Source: Carpediemonas membranifera BICM
Taxonomy: Eukaryota; Protista; Fornicata
Reading direction: 5' to 3'
NCBI GenBank assembly: GCA_019828565.1
Contig: JAHDYR010000015.1
Location: 175,926-239,925, forward strand
DNA length: 64,000 bases
This document shows positions 21,660 to 31,737 of this stretch, one piece after another (position 1 is the first letter of the stretch; the number at the start of each line of letters is the position of its first letter). The translations under genes and the position numbers were made by a program. The notes below the pieces were generated by a model. That model was given only the letters and a program-made list of their open reading frames with translations, had not been told where the DNA came from and searched no databases.

Positions 21660-22843
21660 GTACGAAGACAGGGTGAGGAAAGAAAGAAAGAAAGAAAGAA
21701 TTTAATGTGTCCTGCTACTCGTCCTGCTGTGTAAGCTGAATGTCACAGTTTGTGTCACCCCTTCGAGGAACGCCTAAGCGTGTTGGTACCTCTACAGAGC
21801 ACACCTAACACTTCCTAAGAGGGCGTGAACAACGGCCGTCAAGGCCTAGCTGGTACGCTAGAGGGATCCTATACATGGCCACATAAATCCCCCCAAAGTT
21901 AGGCTAACCCAGGTCTTACTCTTAGGGGCCCTTTGGGTCCCAGGTCTGCCTGGCACCTACAAAGCCTTGCCCTGCACGCTGCTGTCAGGGGACCTTCCGT
22001 ACGTTTCCCCTCTCCCCCGGGTCCCCTAGGGAGGTCCTGGAGTTTCCTCGACCCGCTCGCCATGTTTCAGGCACCCGCCAGGGCGGGGTCGGGTCTAGAG
22101 TTCGCCGTACCAGCTGGGCCGGGTTAGGAACCCACCGACGCCGCGTAGGTAGACTTCCACGGACTTGCCGGCTGCGTTCGGGCTCATCTAGCGCTGTCCG
22201 ATTTCACTCCAGGTTCCCATTATCGGGGGGGAGCTCCCAGGGGCGGTTGCCACGTCTTCCAGTGTTCCTGGCTAGGCGCCGGGCCACATCAGGATGGCCC
22301 TGCCTTCCCGGCAGGTTACCGACGGAGTGGGTAGCTTCTTGCGTCATCCAGTACCTCCGCCAGTCTGCCATGCATCATCCTCCTGGTGCGCCCCCACTGT
22401 GTGGGGAGGGGGTACCCCTTGCGCGCCGGAGGGATGCGCCGGACTGCTTGTCCGGACGCTTGCGCCCTACTGGCCCAGCTGTTTTGCCAGGCCTTCCATA
22501 TTTCGTGCTTGTTGTATGCGGTTGTCCCTTAGTGGTCCTTTGCAGCCTTCCCTCCGCCTGGCGCTACCGGAACATGTGGTGTTGTCCTCATTGGTTCCAG
22601 GCCCGCTGCGCTTGGGGTCGGTGCTCGGGCCACCTTTCCAGGCCGCCCTGTGGGTTGGGCCTGTCCCCTCTTGGTGGTGGGGGAGTTGTTTCAAGTGTGA
22701 TGCAGGCATCAGAGTGCTCCCTTGCTGCGTGGGTTGGGTTGGGTGTGCGGCCGGGCGCTACCGGAACATGTGGGGGGAAAACACCTCCCGCCGGTTCCAG
22801 GAATGTTCCGCCCTGTGCCTTGTCTTCACCCAGGGCTTTCCTC

Positions 22844-25800
22844 CTAGGGGTCTGGGCCTGTTCTGAGGTTCATGAGGGCCTTTTTCCCGCATAATAGACC
22901 CTCCTTCACTGTTTCATCCTCCTGTTGCAGTAGCCAGTGGAGCTCCAATATGGCCCTGGAGTTATACCACTCCCCATCTGGGCCGTGCCGCAGCCTACTT
23001 GCCATGGTGTGTGTTGCCGCAGCTTCCCAGCACTGCTCCCACCCACTTGGGCGGCCGACGCCCTGGCACTCCGCTATGATGTGGCTTTGTGTTCCTAGCG
23101 GTTGGTCTTCCAGCCACCCGGCTACTGCCACTAGCGCCTGCGCCTGGGGGGGGTATAGTTGGAGGTAGTTGATCAATTCGCGTTCGGCTGCGAGTGTGCA
23201 TATCGGGCATATTCTTTGGATACGGTCGCAGAGCATTTCCTGCCCAGGGTACCTCCTGCTTATGATGAGCGCGGCTCCTCGAGTTGTGTGGCTGTTGCTA
23301 GCGGAGGGGAGCGTGTTGGAGGCTGTTGCAACTACCCTCTTCAGCTCCCTCCTGAGCATCATCTCCCCTCTGATAATCTTTGGTTTCTTGGGTGCTCTCC
23401 CGCCTGCCATTGTTTGCATTGCCTCCGCAGCTAGCACTTCGGCGGCCGCCTTGGCTGTTCGGCTACCTTTGGTGGCGATGTCTCGTGCTGTCATCTTCCA
23501 TCCCCCGGCTATTGCTCTGGGTCTGGGTCCGTGAAGGTCGCTAGGGGCCAGATCTAGTACGTTGTCTGCCCACTTGTTCAGCTTTCCGATAACGGACTTG
23601 GGGTTCGCTCTTCCCCAGTCGAAGTCCGCTAGGGGCGATGGGCGGTCAGGGTCCCGGGCCGATTCGCGGATTCTAACCGCTCTTACACCCATGTCCGCTT
23701 CCCAGCACATCCATCCCATCATCAGGCGGGCGACACCCCTCCACCGGGTCCGGTTCCCGCCATGAGTCCTCGCCAGTCGTTCCAAAGCCTTCTGCCTCCT
23801 GGGACTTGGCCCCAGATTTCGATTCCGAATTCGATCTTTGGCCATAGGAAGGTGCGGAGGATGGACTCGGGAGACAGCCGCGGGCGTGGAGCCTTTAGTC
23901 CATCCCACTCTCCGGGCGAGGGCGATGTACTTGTTCGACTGTTCTCTTTTCTTTTGCGATGCATGCGCTGAGCGGATGAGGCCACTTGCTATCCAGAGTC
24001 CCAAGTATCGGCCTGACTCCGCTGCTCGGGTGGCCTCCCCTTGAATTCGCACTTCCGCATTTGGATTGGTACTTATGACGATGTTCTTTCCTGGGCTGAT
24101 ACACAGCTTGTGTGCCACTATCACTTCCACCATTGCGGCGGTGAGGGACTCCGCATCATTTTCTTTTCTTTGCCGAGATGCTCGTATCGTCTACGAACAT
24201 TGCTATGATGCCATTCCCGGGTCTGTGGTGGGTGGGGGAAGCTTCGGGTCTGTTATCTCGCCGTACTGTATTCTGAGTGACGCCTGGCTAATCCAGTTGG
24301 CCGTAAATAGTATGAATAGGGTGGGGGCGACCACGCAACCTTGCTTGACTCCTAGGTTCGTTTCGGACCATAGGTCGGATCCCCTTACCGCAATGTAGGT
24401 CCTCTCCATTGTGCTTTGTACTGCTCTGACTAGGTGGGGGTGTACACCCATATTGATCAGCTTGCTGACTAGGATGTCCCTGGGAACCGTGTCGTACGCC
24501 TTTGCAATGTCGAGCAGCACGCTGGTCCGGTCTCCTTCTTGGTGCAGTTGGGTTAGGAGGGCGATGTGGTCTATGACTGTCTTTCCCTTCATGAAGCCGA
24601 TCTGCTCTCTGGGGGTGTGCCTCTCAACTGTTGGTTTGAGCCTCCATTTGAGTACCTTCCCATATGCTCGGTAGAGGAGGGGGGGTGAGTGAGATGGGTC
24701 GGTAGGATCCTGGCAGTAGCTTATCTTTCCCTACTTTGTGTATCGGGGAGATGGAGGCGTACTTCCACGTGGTGGGTAGTTCCCCAGACTCGTATACTTT
24801 CTGGAAGAGGCATGTGATTGCCCTGTAGGCCGCCTGGGGGAGGTCTCTCAGACATTCGCCCGTGATACCATCCGGGCCTCCTGCCGATGATTTCTTCAGG
24901 GACTTGATGGCGGCCGTGACCTCCTCCTCCGTGGGGGGTTGATCAGTTGTTTGGGCCGCCGGGATCTGGTCCCAACTAGGTGCTATGCCACTACTGACTT
25001 GGGCGTATTGCCTCTGCAGCTCCCTAGCTATCTCGTTTTCCCTTGTTAAGATCGACCTCTTTCCTCTGAGCATCGCCGGTAGCCCTGCGTGTTGTTTCTC
25101 GTTCCAGAACCTGTGGACCTGGTTTGCTATGACCTTCTTGGTGGTCTTATACCCTGCCCTTGCGCTGTTTTCCACCTGCTGCGTCCACTCCTCCTTGAAG
25201 CTTTTCCATGACTTCTGGAGCTCGTTGTTCAGGGTCCGCTTGATTTCCGCGGTCCCCGCTTTGTTCCATCGGGCTAGGATGAGTTGCTTCCATACGTTCT
25301 CCGGGATCCTTTTTTGCGATCTCCCTGGTCTGACGTTCCTAGCGGAAGTTTGAAATCCCACCGATAAGAGTTCCCGTATTTGGTACTCGATTGTATCTAC
25401 ATGGAGCTCCACATCGGGTTGCGGCCATTCCCTTGCCCTTTCCCCGTTGCGCTCTGGGAGGACATTCCAGGTGGTTGTTCCTGGGATTTCCAGCTTGGGT
25501 TTGGCCGGTTGTTTCTTCCAATGCGGTTCGTCCCAGGTTAGCTCCACTGCCCTATGGGGGAGCCCCAATGCCCCATCTCAGCTTTGTCAATGACTCTAGC
25601 TTTGGCCCTCGTGATCCCCCCAGATACAGCTGCATAATCCAGCGTCGAGGTGGTATTCCCACTCATGTATGTGTGAGACGAGGGGAAAACTAGGTCTAGA
25701 TTGTTTCGCTGTAGTGTGGCGCTGGTGGCATGGCGCAGGCTCCGCGGGTCACGGTTCCAGTCCCCCATGATGATTATCTCGAAGCCGTGGTACTCTCTGA

Positions 25801-26011
25801 CGATGTTTTCCAGCTGTTGGTCGAAGCGGTCTAGCTCCGCTGCGCTGCGGTCACTTGGAGGGGCGTATATGTTGATGACTGCGATAGCCCTTGAGGTTTC
25901 GAGGATGCTAACTTGAACTCGGGGGTTCGTGCCGTCAGATTCTCCTACATCCCAGGTTGCCTGTGAATGTGGGCTGATCACCGTGGCTACGCCTAGGTTA
26001 ATCTTGCCCTT
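22844..26011 (-). pseudogene. LINE family 1 ORF2 (APE endonuclease, RT, C-terminal CCHC), frameshifted; N-terminal part at 30876-31083
   Basis: INIYAP, MGDWN, LDY (APE); GPDGI, YRPISLT, LDIAKAYDTV, GVKQG, MFVDD, YLG (RT); CPIC...SHIIAEC. Confidence 0.9.
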
Positions 26012-26086
26012 TGTGCCGTGTTACGAATGAGTTTTATGCAACCAACTCCCGCAGTTTAGGGTCACACTTCCCCCCATGCGGACGCA

Positions 26087-29000
26087 TTAACGGCGCCCGG
26101 AACTGCGGAACTTCTTCTTGGCGGCGGCGAACGCGGCTTCATGCTCTGGATGAGCGACGAGGTAATCATCGAGAGCCGCTAGCTGGTCATAGTACCGGTT
26201 ATAGGGTACATAGGAGTCTTCGTCGGGTGTGAGGCCTTCCCAACGGATGAGGAGCTCCAATGAGCCGTTCTTCTTCTTCTTGTGACCGACGATCTCCTTG
26301 ACGGGCTGTTCGCCTTGCTCGAAAGCGGCGATCCGCTCGAGCTCGGTGTCGGATAAATCGGTCTCGAATCGGACCAGTCTGTCGGCGTGGACCGTGCTGA
26401 CGCATCTTGTGACGAGGTCACGGACGCGGTAGGTGTTCGGGTGTTCGCCCTTCCCCTCCATGCGGAAGGGTCCGCGCAGGGGGGTGTAGATCTTAGCCGG
26501 GGGCTTGCCCGGGTAGCGCAGGAGAACGTATTGTTCTCTCTCCCACGCATGAGTGTCTGCTGTGGCCTTGGCCTTGCGCGCCTCGTACGCGCGAATCTTG
26601 ACGCGGGCGAGGGCTTGTAGAGCGGCTACGTCCTCCTGGAAGCGGACAATCTCACCTTCATCAACGCTCCCAGGGGTGCAGCTCTTCGTGGCGTTTGCCA
26701 GAGCGATCGGGGCGACCCGTAGCGTCGATTCTTTGCCGAACAGCAGTTCGAAAGGGGAGCGACCGGTGGTGGCGTGGCGGGTAGAGTTGATGACGTGTTG
26801 AGCGAGCGGTAAATAGGCGGGCCAGTTGCCGTCCTCTGCGTCTAGGAGGAGCGCTCTCATGCGAGACATGATCGTGCCGTTGAGTCGTTCAACGACTCCG
26901 TTGCTGGCCGGATGGTAAGGGGTTGAGAACCTGTGCTGAAGACTGATGATGGCGTTACACTCGGCAATGAGGGCGTTACGGAATTGAGTGCCCTGGTCGG
27001 TTTGAATCTCCTTTGGGACTCCGAACGTGGACCACACATCCAGCATCGCTGCTGCAGCCTCTTCGGCCTTTGTAGTAGCGACCGGACGGAGGATCGTGAA
27101 CTTGGAGAAGACATCCACGATCGTGATGATGTAGGACATGCCGGCCTCTTCCGGAAGGGGGCCTATTGTGTCAAGCTGGACCGTCTCGAAGGGCTTGAGT
27201 CGCTGCGTGGAGTGCCACTTCGTCTTCTCGCGGGCAGGGGGTCTAACCTTCTGGCAGACGGCGCAACTTCTGAGGGTCTCCCGGACGTCCGATTTCATGT
27301 CGGGCCAAGACTGCCCGGCGTTGCGGAGATTTTCCATCGTCTGAGCGACGCTGACGTGGCCCTGTGCACCGGCGTGGGCCTGGTTGATGAGGTGACGGTG
27401 AGAACTGGAGACCTGTTCGATAGCGGCCTTGAGGTCGTCTCGGTCCTCTGGGACGCTGCTAGGACGGGACAGCGAGTCGGCGACGACATTGTGGACGCCC
27501 TTGATGTGGGCGATGGAGTAGGGGTATTCGGTCATTGTCAGGCGCCAGCGAGTAAGCTTTTTCGTGCCCTCCTCGTCCGTCTTTCTCAGGAGCCAAATAA
27601 GGTTCCGGTGATCGGTTCTGAGAGAGAACGGCTTAATCTTAAGGAGGGCTGAGAACTCCGGTCGAGTTACACAGTGGATGATCGCGTAAAGCTCCTGTTC
27701 GACGGTCGACCACCTTTGCTGAGTCTCGTCCAAGGTCTTGGAATAAAAAGCGAGGGGAACCTTCTCAACTCCTTCGCCCTGCCAGAGGACCCCGCCGATC
27801 GCTACTGAGGAGGCATCGGTCTCCAAGGTCCAGGGCTTGTCTAAGTCTGGGAGGGCGAGCGCCGTGTGTTCGGTGACCAGGTCTTTCATCTTAGCGAAAG
27901 CGGCGTCCTGCTCGGCGCCCCAGGCCACGGGGGACGACTTCCCCGGAGAGCCCTTAAGCAGCCGGTTGAGAGGTGCTGCGGCGTCGGCGAGATGGGGAAT
28001 GTAATTCGACAAGTAGTTGAACTTGCCGAGGGATCGACGGAGTTCCGACGTGGTGGTCGGAGGAAAGAGGTCGCGGATGGCCTGGACTCGAGCGGGGGCA
28101 ACGGATCTGCCCATCTCGTTAACGATGAAGCCGCACACCTCAACCTCGGAGAGGCCGAGGCACACTTGTCGGCCTTCAGTCTGACGTTGGCCGCCAGTAG
28201 ATGATCGAAGAGATCCGTGATGGCGCTCTTGAACTCTTCCTCCGTGTGCGAGTAAGTGAAGATATCGTCGACGTAGGCTTTGGAGCTCTTGCAGTCTTCC
28301 AACACCTCGTCCATCGCTCTCTGGAACTTGGCCGGGGCATTCTTGAGCCCGAAGGGGGTACGAAGAAACTCGTAATGACCGCCTGGGATAGTGAAGGCGG
28401 TGAGTGAGACGCTGTCGGGGTCCATACGTTGCTGCCAGTAGCCGCTTCGGAGGTCGAGCGTGCCGAAGAGTGAGCAGCCGCTTGCCCTCATGGACGAAGG
28501 AGCGGATATCTGGTGTCGGGTAGCGATCGTCTTCGGTGGCTTCATTCAGAACGTTATACGCGACGCAGAACCTGTCCTCACCGTTCTTCTTCTTCGCCAT
28601 CACGTGTGGGGATGAGTACGGCGAGTCACTTGGGCGGATGACTAATTGTTGTAGCATCTTGTCGATTTCAGCGGCGGCGCTGGACGCTTGGGAACCCTTA
28701 AGGGGGCGTGGTCTTGCCTTCGGGAGCCTGTGGTCGCCAGGCTTCAGGGTGATCTTGTGTGGACGCAACTCGCTGCCGTCCTCTGGCAGCTCGCCGAAGA
28801 GCTCGCGGCGTTCGTATAGGAAGCCTTCGAGCCACTTAGTGAGGTCTGGATTGTCATCGTAAGGGATTCGGACCTTCTTCCACTCGTTATCAACATCAAT
28901 CTCATCTGTGCAGGAGTCGAGATACGGGTGTGGAGGCAGATTGTCGTTGTCGGAGATGGTGGCGGATGACGGGATCAGCAGTCTGTCGTTCATGAGGTAG

Positions 29001-29446
29001 CCCAACCTTCTGAGGAGGTCGCGGCCGATCAGGACCTTTCGGCGTTTGGCGCGGATCACCATCAGCAATGCGGTGGCCTGCACGGTCTTGCCATCGATAG
29101 ACGGGAGAGTGATGTCGACCTTTGCGGCCTTACCGATGGAGATGACCTCGTCGCCGGCGCCGAAGAGCTCGACTGAGGTGTCGATGAGCTGGTAATTCGG
29201 GACCTTCGCTAGTGCGGGCTCCGAGATGACTGAGACGCAGGCTCCGATATCGAACTTCGTCTTGATTTGGACACCGTTGATCGTGGCCGGGACGTTGATG
29301 GGGTCGTTGTCGATCTCAACAGCCCCCACCTCATAGACGTCACCTTCGTCCTCGGACTCGGCGTCATCTGAGGCGTTGTTGTCGACTTCATGGACGTCGC
29401 GCTGGCCGCGCGAGTTGCGAAGCTTTGAGGAGTCCCTCAGGAACAT
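26087..29446 (-). CDS. pol: PR-RT-RNase H-IN-chromodomain (compensating frameshifts in RT near 28490 and 28160)
   Basis: FDIGA; LDLRSGYWQ, PFGLKNAP, YVDD in the alternate frame; TDAS, TDHRNL; LDTIGP, TDQGTQF, NGVVER; RGPF; VKEIVGH...LLIRWEG. Confidence 0.9.
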   Translation of the reverse strand: MFLRDSSKLRNSRGQRDVHEVDNNASDDAESEDEGDVYEVGAVEIDNDPINVPATINGVQIKTKFDIGACVSVISEPALAKVPNYQLIDTSVELFGAGDEVISIGKAAKVDITLPSIDGKTVQATALLMVIRAKRRKVLIGRDLLRRLGYLMNDRLLIPSSATISDNDNLPPHPYLDSCTDEIDVDNEWKKVRIPYDDNPDLTKWLEGFLYERRELFGELPEDGSELRPHKITLKPGDHRLPKARPRPLKGSQASSAAAEIDKMLQQLVIRPSDSPYSSPHVMAKKKNGEDRFCVAYNVLNEATEDDRYPTPDIRSFVHEGKRLLTLRHARPPKRLLAATYGPRQRLTHRLHYPRRSLRVSSYPLRAQECPGQVPESDGRGVGRLQELQSLRRRYLHLLAHGGRVQERHHGSLRSSTGGQRQTEGRQVCLGLSEVEVCGFIVNEMGRSVAPARVQAIRDLFPPTTTSELRRSLGKFNYLSNYIPHLADAAAPLNRLLKGSPGKSSPVAWGAEQDAAFAKMKDLVTEHTALALPDLDKPWTLETDASSVAIGGVLWQGEGVEKVPLAFYSKTLDETQQRWSTVEQELYAIIHCVTRPEFSALLKIKPFSLRTDHRNLIWLLRKTDEEGTKKLTRWRLTMTEYPYSIAHIKGVHNVVADSLSRPSSVPEDRDDLKAAIEQVSSSHRHLINQAHAGAQGHVSVAQTMENLRNAGQSWPDMKSDVRETLRSCAVCQKVRPPAREKTKWHSTQRLKPFETVQLDTIGPLPEEAGMSYIITIVDVFSKFTILRPVATTKAEEAAAAMLDVWSTFGVPKEIQTDQGTQFRNALIAECNAIISLQHRFSTPYHPASNGVVERLNGTIMSRMRALLLDAEDGNWPAYLPLAQHVINSTRHATTGRSPFELLFGKESTLRVAPIALANATKSCTPGSVDEGEIVRFQEDVAALQALARVKIRAYEARKAKATADTHAWEREQYVLLRYPGKPPAKIYTPLRGPFRMEGKGEHPNTYRVRDLVTRCVSTVHADRLVRFETDLSDTELERIAAFEQGEQPVKEIVGHKKKKNGSLELLIRWEGLTPDEDSYVPYNRYYDQLAALDDYLVAHPEHEAAFAAAKKKFRSSGRR

Positions 29447-30800
29447 GTTGCCGGCCCGACGGTCGGACTGCGTACCGCTGGTCTGCTTCTGGTCGTTCTT
29501 CCGCGGCTGAGAGGAGCCGGAGGTGCCCTTGGACTGGTTGTCCTTCTGCCGTGCGAGGAACCTGCATGACTCTGTCGTATGGTTACTGTTCCACCCATGA
29601 GACTTGCACCACTTGTTGAAGTGCTGTGGGATGGCATACTTGTGCTTGTCTTTGAACTGGAGATAGGGATCGCTTGTATGGGGCAGTACTGTCGGCTTTT
29701 TGCTTGCCAGGGGCGCGACGGCCGCTGTCTTTCTGGTCGGCGGGTTGGGATGTTACCGCGAACGCCCGCCACGGGACAATAACGCGTTCGTCGTGATCGA
29801 CGTCGAGGTTCTCGAGGCGAGAATGAAGATCGTCGATTGACTCGGCTGGGTCCTCGATGATGTCCTCGTAAAGAGCCTCGGCGTCCTTGCTATAGCCCTT
29901 GAGGAAGATCGACCCCAGTAAGCGCTCGGTCGAGTTGTAGGTTAGTGCCTCGATGTCTGGGACGCATGGATCGTAAGCGTTGAGGATCCTACGTAGCTTG
30001 AAGACGGCGAGTCGGTGCTCGACGGCTGGGCCGAAGAATCTAAGGCCGGATGCCTTGTCGCGCACCATCTTCAGTCTCGATCCCATGTCGAGGGTCGGTA
30101 GGAGCGTATAAACGATGTAGGGGATGATCGCCTTTGCCTCGGCGCGGAGGTAAGCGTAAACGTCGGGGAAATCAGCACGCTTTGGCCAGGCGGCCAGGTC
30201 GGGCTTCTCATCTATGGTGGGCTCCGGGACCTTGTCAGAGAAATCTGGGAGTGTCATGTCGGTCCCGTCAGGCACGGGGACAGTCGGGGTTGCGGCGCTG
30301 AAGAGGTCGGACCATCTGTTGGCCGCGGGGTCCTTCATGTACGAGGTGATGAATGTCCTGGCCTTCTCAGTGGCCTCCGGGATTGCGCGTTGTATCTCTG
30401 CCGAGATTGACTCCTTTGTCAGGCTGGTGAGGGCCGGGTCCTTGAAGTTTGAAGAGACCCGCACACACTCTGCGTACTGCGCTCGCTTGCAGGCCGCCTC
30501 AAAGGCAGCAGCGAAACGCTTGGCGATTGCATCTGCGGTGGGATTGTGGGATATAGCTTGCGGAGCCTCGTCCGAACGGGCCTGAGCTCGGGCTTCGGCG
30601 TCAGACATAATGGAGGTCTGGAGGCTCTCAAGAGTGGGAAATTTCGCTGTCGGACGCCAATCACGCTTTAACTTCGCGACCGTGTCCGCTGTGAGCGTTT
30701 GGATGAAAGAAGTTGGGTTTCTCTCGTGGATAATTGCAGTGGTGTAATCCGCGAGCGCCTGGATTGCGCTTTCTGGATCATTAGTCGTGAATTGCTTCAT
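29447..30800 (-). CDS. gag (frameshifted near the C-terminus)
   Basis: ATG 20 nt after the 5' LTR; a CKSH...HTTESC zinc knuckle-like motif in the alternate frame. Confidence 0.75.
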
Positions 30801-30875
30801 TTCACCGGTAATATCGATATTGTGCCGTGTTACGAATGAGTTTTATGCAACCAACTCCCGCAGTTTAGGGTCACA

Positions 30876-31083
30876 CCTTTCGAGCCTTGATGGGTTTGGC
30901 GTGCCCTGCACATGCGTATTGTAGGTCCGCCCAACAGGGGACTACGGAGTTACCGTACCTGAATGTTTCCTGCAAGAGGAGGGCGTCCGGGCTCGTGTGC
31001 TTGCGAAGCGCTACCGCTATAGATCCGCTGTAGTCTTCATTGCCCGTTAAGTGTCCTTGGCTGTTAAGGGAGACTATTCGCAT
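30876..31083 (-). pseudogene. N-terminus of LINE family 1 ORF2 (APE)
   Basis: MRIVSLNSQG...DALLLQET, homologous to 43598 MRIISLNSEG...DAILLQET. Confidence 0.9.
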
Positions 31084-31737
31084 TCAGGTTGTTACTGCCT
31101 TAACCTGCACTCCTTATTCTGCACTACCTGCACACTTTCATCTTGTTGTTGGGGTTTAGCATCTGCATAGTTGCCTTCCCAATGGGTGAGCGCCTATGTC
31201 GTCGTTGTTTAGCACGTTGGGTGGGCCGCTTCCCGCCCTGTGGGTTGTTGGTGGGCGGCCCGGGTAGGCGTCTTCTTTGCCCTTGATATTTCTCCAGGAC
31301 CCAGAAGCATGCGCCATTCACATGGGGTGCTTGGCCAGAACGGCTGCTTCCTCCAGAGTCCCCAGACGTGGCCCAGGTTCCCTCTTGGAGCTGACCTAGG
31401 GTGTACCACCCCTTTCACTGGCCGCGCCCTCGCGGTGCTTGTCGGGACTTTCGTGCCAGTCTCTATAGCGCTTCTGGCCTCGCACATTGGCAGCATCGTT
31501 ACCTAACTACGCATAGGTGGGAGCGACTCCTTTCGGCGCCCCTCCCAAGGCTGGAGTTCCAGCCTGCCGGACAGGCGGGTCCTCGATGGCGTTCCAACTG
31601 CCTCTTACCCGCCCCCGGTCCCTGCGGGGAACAGGGGTTTTAAGAAAAGAAAAAGTCACCCGGGCATTGGCGCCAGTACAGCCCTTCTGGCGGGCTCCAA
31701 CGCTGCACCTATTCCGGCGCCTTCACTTCACCTAGTC

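Larger units (their letters stand above)
26012..30875 (-). mobile_element. Complete chromodomain-bearing Gypsy element, 4864 bp, nested in the LINE APE domain
   Basis: Identical 55-bp LTRs (26012-26066, 30821-30875), 4-bp TSD CCTT, PPT GGGGGGAAG, palindrome ATATCGATAT at 30811-30820. Confidence 0.96.

Noticed and set aside
22247-22894. Plus-strand ORFs in the LINE 3' UTR and other long antisense ORFs over pol genes
   Set aside because: GC-rich shadow frames not conserved between the two LINE families.
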